Below, one piece after another: positions 38,894 through 47,866 of a stretch of 64,000 bases of DNA. Numbering within the stretch: the stretch's first letter is position 1; each line of letters starts with the position of its first letter. The notes beneath the pieces are model-generated. The model ran no database searches, was not told the DNA's origin, and was given only the letters and a program-made list of their open reading frames with translations. Made by a program: the position numbers and the translations under genes. The stretch is from positions 1 to 64,000 of the IMG/VR virus record IMGVR_UViG_3300044633_000899; one strand, 5' to 3'.

Positions 38894-39184
38894 ATGAAAA
38901 ATGTTGATATTGAAATTTATTTGAATCAAGTTATTACTTTTTTTGAAAAAAACCCAAATGATCTAATGGATTTAATTGGTGAATTACAAAAAGATGAGTT
39001 TTATTTAAAACTTCGTCAACAATGTGAAAAAAATGTTGAAGAAGGGAAAGATATTACCTTAACTAAAGAACAAATGATAAATATTATTGTTGATTTAAAA
39101 ATACCAGATATTGTTGATAAACAGGAAGTTGTGGTAAACAATATCGTCCAAAAAACAAAGTTTGGTGAAATATTTTTAAATTAA
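38894..39184 (+). CDS. Hypothetical protein
   Basis: ATG start, operon context. Confidence 0.65.
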   Translation: MKNVDIEIYLNQVITFFEKNPNDLMDLIGELQKDEFYLKLRQQCEKNVEEGKDITLTKEQMINIIVDLKIPDIVDKQEVVVNNIVQKTKFGEIFLN

Positions 39185-39196
39185 TTTTAAAAAATG

Positions 39197-39227
39197 TTTG
39201 GATATTAAGAAAATATTTATACCTTTG
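39197..39227 (+). promoter_or_regulatory. Bacteroidota-type promoter (TTTG-N19-TACCTTTG)
   Basis: Perfect consensus, with no ORF downstream before a terminator. Confidence 0.8.
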
Positions 39228-39230
39228 TAT

Positions 39231-39415
39231 AGTTAAATGATTAACGAAAAATCTTAACCGAAAAGACTGAGCATAAATCTTGAGTTTGTGTAGGAATACA
39301 TCTAAAGATGGTGGTTAAGTGGGTCTCTTGGATATACCCAACCAAGCGTAAGGTGACAACACGTGAGGGAAGGCTGTCACAACATTAACCCCCAAATTAT
39401 TGGGGGTTTTGTTTT
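39231..39415 (+). ncRNA. Candidate ~180-nt structured small RNA
   Basis: Bounded by a promoter and a terminator. Has a CTTAACC/GGTTAAG long-range helix and several hairpins. Confidence 0.65.
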
Positions 39416-39416
39416 T
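39387..39416 (+). terminator. Intrinsic terminator
   Basis: AACCCCCAA-att-ATTGGGGGTT followed by a T run. Confidence 0.85.
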
Positions 39417-40000
39417 TAATTTAATGGGTTATATGTTTTAATAATTTTTGTTTCTCTATTAAAATGTTTACCATTACCTTTCATTTGGTTATATAATGTT
39501 ATATCATATATTGGTAATTTATCTAATTTACCGAGAGTATTTAAACTGACTAAAATTTCATAATTAACCCCATTTATACTTTTTAATCTCAACACATCTT
39601 TATAACCTAATTTCTGTAAAGAAATCATTTTCCATATATTATCTATATTTACTTTTACAATATTAATCCCCTCATCAATTTTAGGGTTAACAAAATTAGG
39701 ATCACTTGGGAATGTCTGTTCTCTAAAATTCCTTTCTGAAAAATGAGGATTAATTTTAATATTAAAATAGGCTTTTTTAACTTGATTTGTTTTTTTATCT
39801 GTATATTGACCTAATAAAGGACTTATTTCTTTAGCTAAAATTTTTTGTGTAATATATGTTTGTTTGATTAACTTTAAAATTTCATCATCTATATGTTCGT
39901 AGTTAGTACCCTCATTCAATGGTTTACGACCAAGGTATTGAATACTCACAATATGATATACAATCTCCTCTCTCAAAATTTTTTTAATAATTTTTTTCAT
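39416..40000 (-). CDS. Hypothetical (putative virion-internal) protein
   Basis: MKKIIKKILREE N-terminus, with a TATTTATA motif upstream on the minus strand (40006-40013). Confidence 0.7.
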   Translation of the reverse strand: MKKIIKKILREEIVYHIVSIQYLGRKPLNEGTNYEHIDDEILKLIKQTYITQKILAKEISPLLGQYTDKKTNQVKKAYFNIKINPHFSERNFREQTFPSDPNFVNPKIDEGINIVKVNIDNIWKMISLQKLGYKDVLRLKSINGVNYEILVSLNTLGKLDKLPIYDITLYNQMKGNGKHFNRETKIIKTYNPLN

Positions 40001-40071
40001 ATTTATATAAATATCTAAAAAAAAGTATTATCTTAGCACAGAATTAGTTATTAACCTATAAAAAAAATAAG

Positions 40072-40182
40072 ATGAAAACAATTGAAATTACAATGCAGGA
40101 GATATGGTCAGCGACAAAACCAATAGTTTACAAGAGTAAAAAACAATACACTCGTAAAGAAAAACACAAAAACAACTATTGA
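40072..40182 (+). CDS. 36-aa basic peptide with an ArfA-like YxRKxKHK motif (missed by ORF track)
   Basis: MKTIEITMQEIWSATKPIVYKSKKQYTRKEKHKNNY, followed by a terminator. Confidence 0.55.
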   Translation: MKTIEITMQEIWSATKPIVYKSKKQYTRKEKHKNNY

Positions 40183-40189
40183 TTACGAT

Positions 40190-40219
40190 AAAGTGGTGGA
40201 TTTTTCTACCACTTTTTTT
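40190..40219 (+). terminator. Intrinsic terminator
   Basis: AAAGTGGTGGA...TCTACCACTTT plus a T run. Confidence 0.75.
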
Positions 40220-40231
40220 ATATTTTAAAAT

Positions 40232-40579
40232 ATGGAACGAAAGGAATTTTTTGAGAAAGAAAGTGATATTTTAAAATGGATATATGAACAAGAGGGAATG
40301 TTATTATCAAAATGTGCTGTTGATGGTAAATTAAATATAACACCAGAGTTATTATTAACTAAAAATTTTTTATTAATATATAGTGACAGTGTTATATTTG
40401 ATAATGGGTTTTTGTATTATGATGCTTTTTTTAAGAATAAATCAGACCTTTATATATATTTATCAAAGAAGGATATTCGTGATTCGGAATATAAAATAAC
40501 AATATATTTTGAGCCAAAAAACATAGAAGAAACAAAGTTCTTCATAAAAAATTTAATGAAATTAAAAGATGGAAATTAG
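40232..40579 (+). CDS. Hypothetical protein
   Basis: ATG start, operon with trx/grx. Confidence 0.65.
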   Translation: MERKEFFEKESDILKWIYEQEGMLLSKCAVDGKLNITPELLLTKNFLLIYSDSVIFDNGFLYYDAFFKNKSDLYIYLSKKDIRDSEYKITIYFEPKNIEETKFFIKNLMKLKDGN

Positions 40580-40883
40580 TAGTGTAGAATTACAAGAAAA
40601 AATTAATAAAGGTGAGAAAATAATTCTGAAGTTAGGTGCATTGTGGTGTGGTCCGTGCAAAATGTTAAAACCAATATTTGAAAAAGTGGCAAACGAGAAT
40701 ACAACCGACGTTCAAATGTATACACTTGATGTTGATTTAAACAGAGAAATCGCGATGTCATTAGGTGTTAGGAGTGTACCAACAATAAAAATGTTTAATG
40801 CTGGTGAGGTCATTGACACAAAAGTTGGTATTCAATCAGAAACCCAATTAAACGATATGATAAACACATTGATAAATGGATAA
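40569..40883 (+). CDS. trxA: Thioredoxin
   Basis: WCGPC active site and a VPT cis-Pro motif. Confidence 0.95.
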   Translation: MEISSVELQEKINKGEKIILKLGALWCGPCKMLKPIFEKVANENTTDVQMYTLDVDLNREIAMSLGVRSVPTIKMFNAGEVIDTKVGIQSETQLNDMINTLING

Positions 40884-41163
40884 AGCGGTTGTATTGTTCA
40901 CAATGAAAAGTTGTCCTTTTTGTGTTGAACTAAAAGAAATGTTGGATAAATCAAATATCCAGTTTGTTGATAGAGATATTGACGAATACGAAGAAGAATA
41001 TAATATGTTTGTTAATATTACTGAAAATGATTATGTACCAGCATTTATGTTAATTGAGGATCCAGAAACTGAAGAACCATTAACAGAGTTGTTTGCACCA
41101 GATCGTGATTTTGACGACATTAACGAAGGTTTTGAGATTATTAAATCATTTATAATTGATTAA
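40876..41163 (+). CDS. Glutaredoxin-like protein
   Basis: CPFC active site and a YVP motif. Confidence 0.85.
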   Translation: MDKAVVLFTMKSCPFCVELKEMLDKSNIQFVDRDIDEYEEEYNMFVNITENDYVPAFMLIEDPETEEPLTELFAPDRDFDDINEGFEIIKSFIID

Positions 41164-41165
41164 AA

Positions 41166-41198
41166 AAAATCCCACCTTAGTAGTGGGATTTTCGTTTT
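41166..41198. terminator. Bidirectional terminator
   Basis: AAAATCCCAC-cttagta-GTGGGATTTT between convergent genes. Confidence 0.8.
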
Positions 41199-41892
41199 AA
41201 AACAATATAATATGTTCTAATAAATCTTGTTTTGTATAGGGTTTATCTTTGACAGGGTTTAAAATATCTTCAAGAACGTTATAATCATTGATTTTACCTT
41301 TAAAGTCTTTTAAATCAAACGAAAACACGTCTAAAATTAATGACGTTATGTCTTTTAAATTTTGTTTTGTGTCACAAATTATTTTTATTTTGAAATCTTC
41401 AGAATCATCAGTTTCTTTAGTGAAGTAAAATTCCACCTCATCGGTATTTAATAAACTATATAAATGGTTAAAAATGTAGTGAGAATAATACACCATCAAT
41501 CTACCGCAGTTTAGACTATACCCATAAGGAAATTCGGACGTTATCGATAATTCGTGAATAGGGTCAACATCATCGGTAAAAATGTTTTTATTTACAGTGA
41601 TCCAACCTTTTTCAATGTTATTGATTTCTTGGTCATATCTAATAACGTCAATGGTATTTATTTTCTCAATACCAATACTACTTAATTCATCTTTAAACAA
41701 AACATAAAATTCTGATTTGACCTCCTCAAGATCTAATATTGTTTTTGATGTTGTTTGGCCGTGAACAACCATAAACGATTCACAGTCTGTAATTTGAATA
41801 ATCGTGTTCTCGTTTTTATCTATTTTGGTTAATATGAAATCGGTAAATAGATTTACGATACCTCTTTTTGAATTTTTATTAATTTTTTTCAT
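41197..41892 (-). CDS. Degenerate S-adenosylmethionine synthetase (MetK)-like protein
   Basis: FMVVHGQTTSKTILDLEEV resembles MetK LVxVAGEITTxAxVDIE, and FPYGYS..GRLM resembles MetK MFGYA..PELM. Catalytic motifs are absent. Confidence 0.45.
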   Translation of the reverse strand: MKKINKNSKRGIVNLFTDFILTKIDKNENTIIQITDCESFMVVHGQTTSKTILDLEEVKSEFYVLFKDELSSIGIEKINTIDVIRYDQEINNIEKGWITVNKNIFTDDVDPIHELSITSEFPYGYSLNCGRLMVYYSHYIFNHLYSLLNTDEVEFYFTKETDDSEDFKIKIICDTKQNLKDITSLILDVFSFDLKDFKGKINDYNVLEDILNPVKDKPYTKQDLLEHIILF

Positions 41893-41951
41893 ATACTATT
41901 TTTGTTAATAGATATGAATTTTATTTGGATAGTTAAATAGTTAATGATTTA

Positions 41952-43058
41952 TTATATGTAATCACCAAAGTAATCATTTATGTTTTTTCGGATATCATCC
42001 CAATCTGCATATTCTGGTATACGAAAACTAATCTGATCGTAAGTACCCTCATCAAGTAGTTTACCCATCATACCGACATATGAACCAAAATGTTCTAATA
42101 GTGAGTCGTTATAAGTATAACCTTTATTTTCATTGACAAATACAGATACGTTACTTCCAAAGTCACGTATTCTAATATAGTTACGATATTTTGTATTACC
42201 ACCAGTTTCAAAAGATTCTTCAACAATTTTTGACTCAAAAAATTCATAAAGACCGTCGTTTACCAAATCATAACATTCACTTTCATAAGCATTATTATAA
42301 GCACTATTATGAACTGAATATAATTCAGATTTAAGATCGTCCAGATCTCCATTTAACAACTCATTCATTGCTTTTTCATTGGAAATAAGTTCCATCACGT
42401 TTTCACTAGTAATTGTAAAAAACCCTTCAGTTCCTTGTTCTTCTGAAAACTCATTAAACAACTCAGAATCATATTCATCAAGTGATAATTCTTGATTTCC
42501 GATTTGTTTAACGATATAATGTGATAATCTGTATTTATTTTCATCATTTAAGTCATCAATTACATCGCGATAAACATCATCAGTTGTGTCCCAAAAGCGT
42601 TCAAAAAAATCATCCTCAGTAAAAATTGCTTTTGCTAAGTCTTGAGGTGATGTCTCACGACTATAGGATTCAAAAAAAACACTTAACTCATCTTTATCTC
42701 TCAAATATAACCAATATTGACCACTTCTATTTTCAACATCAGTTAAAAGGTTGTTACAAATATATTGAAGTGCACTATCTTCATCGTTTTCTAACCACCA
42801 TTCTAAATAGTAGTTTTTAATTTCATCATCAAAACCTTCATAGTCAACATCAACCAAAAACCCGTTTTTTGATAAAAAATCAAATAGACCAGGATTTGCA
42901 CCAAAGTCATCACCTTCTAACATTTCAAGGTTAATCTCAGATTGTCGGTTCGCCCTAGCGACCATTGTTAAAAATGCTGTCAACCTAACAAAAACGGATT
43001 TAACAGTTCCAACGAAACCATCTTCATTGTATTCTTCAATAAAATTATTTAGTGCCAT
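41952..43058 (-). CDS. Acidic hypothetical protein
   Basis: D/E-rich, with TATTTATA upstream (43063-43070, minus strand). Confidence 0.75.
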   Translation of the reverse strand: MALNNFIEEYNEDGFVGTVKSVFVRLTAFLTMVARANRQSEINLEMLEGDDFGANPGLFDFLSKNGFLVDVDYEGFDDEIKNYYLEWWLENDEDSALQYICNNLLTDVENRSGQYWLYLRDKDELSVFFESYSRETSPQDLAKAIFTEDDFFERFWDTTDDVYRDVIDDLNDENKYRLSHYIVKQIGNQELSLDEYDSELFNEFSEEQGTEGFFTITSENVMELISNEKAMNELLNGDLDDLKSELYSVHNSAYNNAYESECYDLVNDGLYEFFESKIVEESFETGGNTKYRNYIRIRDFGSNVSVFVNENKGYTYNDSLLEHFGSYVGMMGKLLDEGTYDQISFRIPEYADWDDIRKNINDYFGDYI

Positions 43059-43124
43059 ATTATATAAATATAAAAAAGGTGATAAAATATACTTACCACC
43101 TTAAATTTTAGTTACCCAAAGGAA

Positions 43125-43259
43125 TTATTTTTTATTGTAGTATTTCTCAACAATTTTTTTAACTGACTCTTGTACACTTGCACTTTTTTGTTCTTGAGTT
43201 TGTTTTACGGTTTGTTCCGCTTGTTGTTGGTTTCCTTTGTTTTTACATCCACATCCCAT
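43125..43259 (-). CDS. 44-aa MGCGCK peptide (missed by ORF track)
   Basis: MGCGCKNKGNQQQAEQTVKQTQEQKSASVQESVKKIVEKYYNKK. Confidence 0.65.
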   Translation of the reverse strand: MGCGCKNKGNQQQAEQTVKQTQEQKSASVQESVKKIVEKYYNKK

Positions 43260-43342
43260 AATTGATTGATTTTATAGTGTTTATTTATTAATAAATATTG
43301 GAATATAGATTAATTTGTAAAGAATTATATATTTATTATTGT

Positions 43343-44875
43343 ATGAAAAAGACATTTAAAATAACAGAATCAAAATTAATAACCTTAATTAAGGATATTA
43401 TTAGAGAACAAGAAATGGAGGAGGTTGTAATAACACCAGAACAATATTATGACTTAATGAGAAAAGTGTTTTATAAAACAGAAGCAATACCATCATTACC
43501 ACCTTTTAAAAATAAAACATTAGTGGTTTCTGGTGATTTAAAATTAACAGACCCAAAAATTAAAAAATTAGGTAAACTTAAAATTTTAGGAAAGTTAGAC
43601 ATTTCGCGTTCAAATATATCATCATTAGATGGTGTTGAAGTTACTGGTTATGTTAGTGATTGGAATACACCACTATATAATATTAAACAACAAAGAATAT
43701 TAAACGCAAAAATTAGTGAACAAGAAAGTCTTAGAGAAGATGATGAATGGAACTTGAATAATACTGATGAGGTTGGTGAAATGGCACATGCGGCATTTGA
43801 ATATGCGAATAATCGTTCTGATATTACTGCGTTAACGGATGACGAACTTGAACGAGTTAATGAAATTAGAAAAACAATACAAGAATTAGAAGAAGAACAG
43901 GAAAATTTAGACACAGGACTTGAAAATTGGAATGAGTTAGATGATGATATTACAGATCGTATTGGTGAGTTAGAAGATGAACTTAATGAATTAACAGATG
44001 ATAAATCAGATGTTTATGATTTTTACCCGTCTGGTCGTCATTATGATTTACACGAATATGAGTGTTTAACAGAAAATATGAAATTCGCAGTTGGAACAAC
44101 TGAAGAGGCTGATAGTTCATTAAGAGTTTATTTTGAAGAATGGATTGACAACCCATTAGAATATCTTGGACCAGATCGTATATCACACTATGTTGATGCC
44201 GATATGGTTGTAGATGCTTTTGAGGATGGCGAACGAGAGTATATAGAAGAAAACCCCGAAGATTACAATATTAGTAGAGATTTGAGTTATAAACAAGAAG
44301 AAGAAATTCAAGATTACGAAAAACAAAAATTAGGGTTAGAAGTTGAACGATTTTTAATTGAAAAGGGAGGAAGAACACCATTAATTGAAGATGTGATTGA
44401 TAGTGCAAAATATTTTAAATTTAAAGATTATTTGGATAATATTTTTGTTGTTGAGTTTTCAGACAAATGGGAATTATATCAAAATGGGAAAAAAGTTGAA
44501 ACAATAATATATTCTGATGAGGAATTTGAAGAACAAGAAACCGATAATCAAACACGTTTGGATGAGATTGTGAGTGAAATCAGTGATATTGAGTACGAAA
44601 TAGAAGAAATAAATGAAAACCCTGACGGTGATTTTAATCAGGATGAAATTTTTGAAAAGGTTGAGTCTATGTTAGAAGATATTAGATACGATCCATATGA
44701 CTGGTTAAAGGATAGAGGTTATGAGAATGAGACAATTGTTAAATTTATAGACACAGATGCTATGCTGGATGACCTAGTCCGTGACGCGGATTACGGTTCA
44801 TTAAATGGTTATGATAACTATTACGACGAAGTAAATATTAACGACACATATTATGTTGTTATGAGGATTGATTAA
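43343..44875 (+). CDS. Large acidic protein with internal repeats (putative virion-internal)
   Basis: Start MKKTFKITESKLITLIKDIIRE after TATTTAT (43330-43336). Coiled acidic repeats. Confidence 0.75.
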   Translation: MKKTFKITESKLITLIKDIIREQEMEEVVITPEQYYDLMRKVFYKTEAIPSLPPFKNKTLVVSGDLKLTDPKIKKLGKLKILGKLDISRSNISSLDGVEVTGYVSDWNTPLYNIKQQRILNAKISEQESLREDDEWNLNNTDEVGEMAHAAFEYANNRSDITALTDDELERVNEIRKTIQELEEEQENLDTGLENWNELDDDITDRIGELEDELNELTDDKSDVYDFYPSGRHYDLHEYECLTENMKFAVGTTEEADSSLRVYFEEWIDNPLEYLGPDRISHYVDADMVVDAFEDGEREYIEENPEDYNISRDLSYKQEEEIQDYEKQKLGLEVERFLIEKGGRTPLIEDVIDSAKYFKFKDYLDNIFVVEFSDKWELYQNGKKVETIIYSDEEFEEQETDNQTRLDEIVSEISDIEYEIEEINENPDGDFNQDEIFEKVESMLEDIRYDPYDWLKDRGYENETIVKFIDTDAMLDDLVRDADYGSLNGYDNYYDEVNINDTYYVVMRID

Positions 44876-44903
44876 TCTATAAATTATTAATATTATTAGT
44901 GAG

Positions 44904-45683
44904 ATGGGTAGGAAAAAAAAGGTAATGTTTTTGATGGAGACAGATTGGATGTTTGACAAACCAATTGACCAAGAACATAAAGAGTATGTGTTATTATCCT
45001 ATTTTCAAAAAATGGGTGAAAAATTAGATAAATTAGAATTATACCCAGGATTTATTGAGTTATCATTACATCTCGCAAATGCGCAAACGTTAATTAAAGA
45101 TAAGAAAATTTTATATACGGATAAAAAATTTAAAACTGTTGATGACGAATTATTGGTTATGGATTTAAAAATTAAAGATCTACCCCCAATGACAAGTGAT
45201 GAACATGCAGAATTTATTAAGATTTTATCATATAGTACACCAAAATTACACGAATATTTTGATATTGCAAAATCTGTATGGGAAACAGTATTTGACAATG
45301 TTGTTGTTAAAGTTAAAAAAAATATTGATAATATAACATTAAAAACTGGTTATTTTTATTATGAAAATAATAACACTAATGTTTTATATGTTTGGGAATA
45401 TGAGAAAAAACCAGCAGCAAAAGGATCCCCTGAAAATAAATTAATTATAAATTTAATTTATTCAGATGAAAAAAAGGATTTGACTATTACAAAAATAATT
45501 GATATGTTTAGTAATGTTGATAGTGAGAAACAAAAAACACTACCGATTGTTGAAATGACAGTTAATGGTGAGTTCCCGTTAGAAGAAACATTATTACCAC
45601 TATTTAAACGAAAATTGATTAGTTACATCGTACAGAAAAAAGGAATTGAGGATTACAAAAAAACAAAGGAACAATTAAAATAA
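44904..45683 (+). CDS. Hypothetical protein
   Basis: 259-aa ORF. Confidence 0.7.
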   Translation: MGRKKKVMFLMETDWMFDKPIDQEHKEYVLLSYFQKMGEKLDKLELYPGFIELSLHLANAQTLIKDKKILYTDKKFKTVDDELLVMDLKIKDLPPMTSDEHAEFIKILSYSTPKLHEYFDIAKSVWETVFDNVVVKVKKNIDNITLKTGYFYYENNNTNVLYVWEYEKKPAAKGSPENKLIINLIYSDEKKDLTITKIIDMFSNVDSEKQKTLPIVEMTVNGEFPLEETLLPLFKRKLISYIVQKKGIEDYKKTKEQLK

Positions 45684-45688
45684 ATAAT

Positions 45689-45892
45689 ATGAAAACAAGA
45701 ACACTTAATGAATTAAGACAAGAGAAAGAGTTTGGTTACAAAAATCCTGTATCACAGAAAAATAATCAACAAGAAATTGATTTAGTAAAAACTTACAAAA
45801 CAATTCAGGATTTGGCAAACGAATTCCCGAACGACGCAGATCTTGGTCGTAAAACGAGAACACTTTTAATTAGTTTAGGTCTGTATCAATAA
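45689..45892 (+). CDS. Hypothetical protein
   Basis: C-terminal FPNDADLGRKTR motif. Confidence 0.6.
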   Translation: MKTRTLNELRQEKEFGYKNPVSQKNNQQEIDLVKTYKTIQDLANEFPNDADLGRKTRTLLISLGLYQ

Positions 45893-45904
45893 AAAACGCT
45901 TAAT

Positions 45905-46132
45905 ATGTTAGGAAAAGAAATGGTTAACCACCCAGAACATTATGGTGGTTCAGAGAATAAATACGAAGCGATTAAAGTGATTGACGCTTGGGATCTTGGG
46001 TTTAGTTTAGGAAATACCGTAAAGTATATTTCAAGAGCCGGAAAAAAAGATAAAGATAAGGAAATACAAGATCTGAAAAAAGCGGCTTGGTATTTACAAC
46101 ATCATATTGAAAACTTAGAAACTAATCGTTAA
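45905..46132 (+). CDS. DUF3310-family protein
   Basis: VNHPEHY, GNTVKYISRAGKK and DLKKAAWYL motifs. Confidence 0.85.
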   Translation: MLGKEMVNHPEHYGGSENKYEAIKVIDAWDLGFSLGNTVKYISRAGKKDKDKEIQDLKKAAWYLQHHIENLETNR

Positions 46133-46469
46133 TAACAACGATATCGTTTTCTTGGATATCATATAGATCAGAAGAGCCACCCTTTATTTCAAGAACCATA
46201 TCACCAAAACCTTTGTAACGTAAACAATTATTACCTTTACACGGTTTACAATTTTTATGTATTTTTGTTATAGTGTTATTGTTGATAAAGATAATATCAA
46301 GATTGACGATACAATCTTTCATCCAAAAGGAATGTTCACCATCGGTTAAAATAAATAACATACCATTAAATTGGTTATCAAATTTTTTACCCATCATTCC
46401 ATTTTGGATATCTTTGGGTGTAATCATTGTTTTTACAGTAAAGGAATTGTTATTTATTAATAGTTCCAT
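46122..46469 (-). CDS. DUF192-family protein
   Basis: GMMGKK, GMLFI, SFWMKD, LDIIFI and VLEIKGG. Start MELL lies after a TATTTAT motif. Confidence 0.8.
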   Translation of the reverse strand: MELLINNNSFTVKTMITPKDIQNGMMGKKFDNQFNGMLFILTDGEHSFWMKDCIVNLDIIFINNNTITKIHKNCKPCKGNNCLRYKGFGDMVLEIKGGSSDLYDIQENDIVVIND

Positions 46470-46575
46470 AGTAATAAATATCATAAAATATTGAATTAAT
46501 TTGGTTTTTAACAATTTTGTAGATATTTATGAAATACAAAAAAACACACACCCACCCTTTCTGTTGGTAAAACAT

Positions 46576-46612
46576 AAAATCTCAAAAAATTAAAATATTT
46601 TTTTGAGATTTT
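46576..46612. terminator. Long AT-rich hairpin/terminator
   Basis: AAAATCTCAAAAAAT / ATTTTTTTGAGATTTT inverted repeat. Confidence 0.6.
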
Positions 46613-46642
46613 TGTTTTTATAATAATTTTTTTATATATTTG
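46611..46642 (+). promoter_or_regulatory. Bacteroidota-type promoter (TTTG-N20-TATATTTG)
   Basis: Consensus match. Confidence 0.75.
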
Positions 46643-46646
46643 TACT

Positions 46647-46919
46647 ATGAAAACAGGATTTAACATTAGAATATTACACGAAACGTTTGGTGAGTTACTA
46701 AACGAAACATTTGTTGATCAAATACAATTTAAATTGTTTTTAAAAATGATTCATACTAGTGTTGAATTAAAACAAAATTTATCATTTTATAATGGTGATA
46801 CATTTTACATTAATATACCTAGTAAAACTTTGGTTGATTGTATTATTGTCACCAACACAAATGAATTATCTTTAACAGAACAGGTTAGAAGTAAGATTGA
46901 AGCACTGGTAACAAAATAA
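46647..46919 (+). CDS. Hypothetical protein
   Basis: ATG immediately after the promoter. Confidence 0.65.
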   Translation: MKTGFNIRILHETFGELLNETFVDQIQFKLFLKMIHTSVELKQNLSFYNGDTFYINIPSKTLVDCIIVTNTNELSLTEQVRSKIEALVTK

Positions 46920-46997
46920 ATTGGGTTTTTTCATTTTCCTATGTCCAAAAAATGAAATGGTGGAGTCAATGGGTTGTTAATTAAATTTAACAACCCA

Positions 46998-47819
46998 TTA
47001 TTTTAATTTTAAAATTTGACCAGGTTTAAGTTCTGTTGATTTTAAATCGTTTAGTTTAATTATGGAATCAACGGTTACTGATTTGTCATATTTGGAAGCA
47101 ATTCCAGATAATGTTTCACCTGGTTTTACAACATATAGTTTAAAGACACTCGGAGAAAGACCACCACCACCAATTTGTGGTTTAGGTTTTTGTGTCTTAG
47201 TTTTTTGTTGTTTAACTTTCGGTTCAACTGGTTTAGATAATTCTTCGGCATATTTTAAGAACGCCCTTTGGTTGTTTTTCATTCGTTCGGCAACAGTTCC
47301 TTTTTTTCTTGGGTCGTCAACATTTGAAAAGTCAATATTCCAACCTTCAAGATATTGTTTAGCACCCAAAGACCAATTATCATCATTTAAACTTTTAACC
47401 CATTTATAACCACTTTTAACTTCACCACGATATGTCGCATTAACCAATGCTCTTTGAACATACACTGGGTATTTATCAAATTTTGGAAAAACTTTTTTAG
47501 CAATCTCTTCGTGTTTTTTAATATCATCAGTTAATAATTGTTCGGCTTCTCTATTTGATATAATCATACCTGGTTTTACTGATGGTCCGGTATGACCCCA
47601 CCCAATTGTTAACACACCACCATAAGGTGATTTTTTACGAATGAATGTTTTTTTATTGTTTGGTGGTAATTTCGGATCCTTATCATCAAACACGTAATGT
47701 TGGTTCTTACTATTAACAACGGTTGATTCATAACCTTTAATTAAATTCCTAAATTCTGTGTCACTAACAACACTTTCAATTAACATTTTATGTTGATTTT
47801 CAGTTATTACGATTTTCAT
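46998..47819 (-). CDS. Phage lysozyme (GH24-like) with a C-terminal LysM domain
   Basis: LTIGWGH, ALVNATY and LysM YVVKPGETLSGIASKY...LKPGQILKL. Start MKIVITE lies after a TATTTAT motif. Confidence 0.8.
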   Translation of the reverse strand: MKIVITENQHKMLIESVVSDTEFRNLIKGYESTVVNSKNQHYVFDDKDPKLPPNNKKTFIRKKSPYGGVLTIGWGHTGPSVKPGMIISNREAEQLLTDDIKKHEEIAKKVFPKFDKYPVYVQRALVNATYRGEVKSGYKWVKSLNDDNWSLGAKQYLEGWNIDFSNVDDPRKKGTVAERMKNNQRAFLKYAEELSKPVEPKVKQQKTKTQKPKPQIGGGGLSPSVFKLYVVKPGETLSGIASKYDKSVTVDSIIKLNDLKSTELKPGQILKLK

Positions 47820-47830
47820 AATGATAAATA

Positions 47831-47862
47831 GTTGTGTAATTAAAAAAAAATATCTATATTTG
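47831..47862 (+). promoter_or_regulatory. Bacteroidota-type promoter (GTTG-N20-TATATTTG)
   Basis: Consensus match, divergent from the lysozyme gene. Confidence 0.7.
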
Positions 47863-47866
47863 CTAT

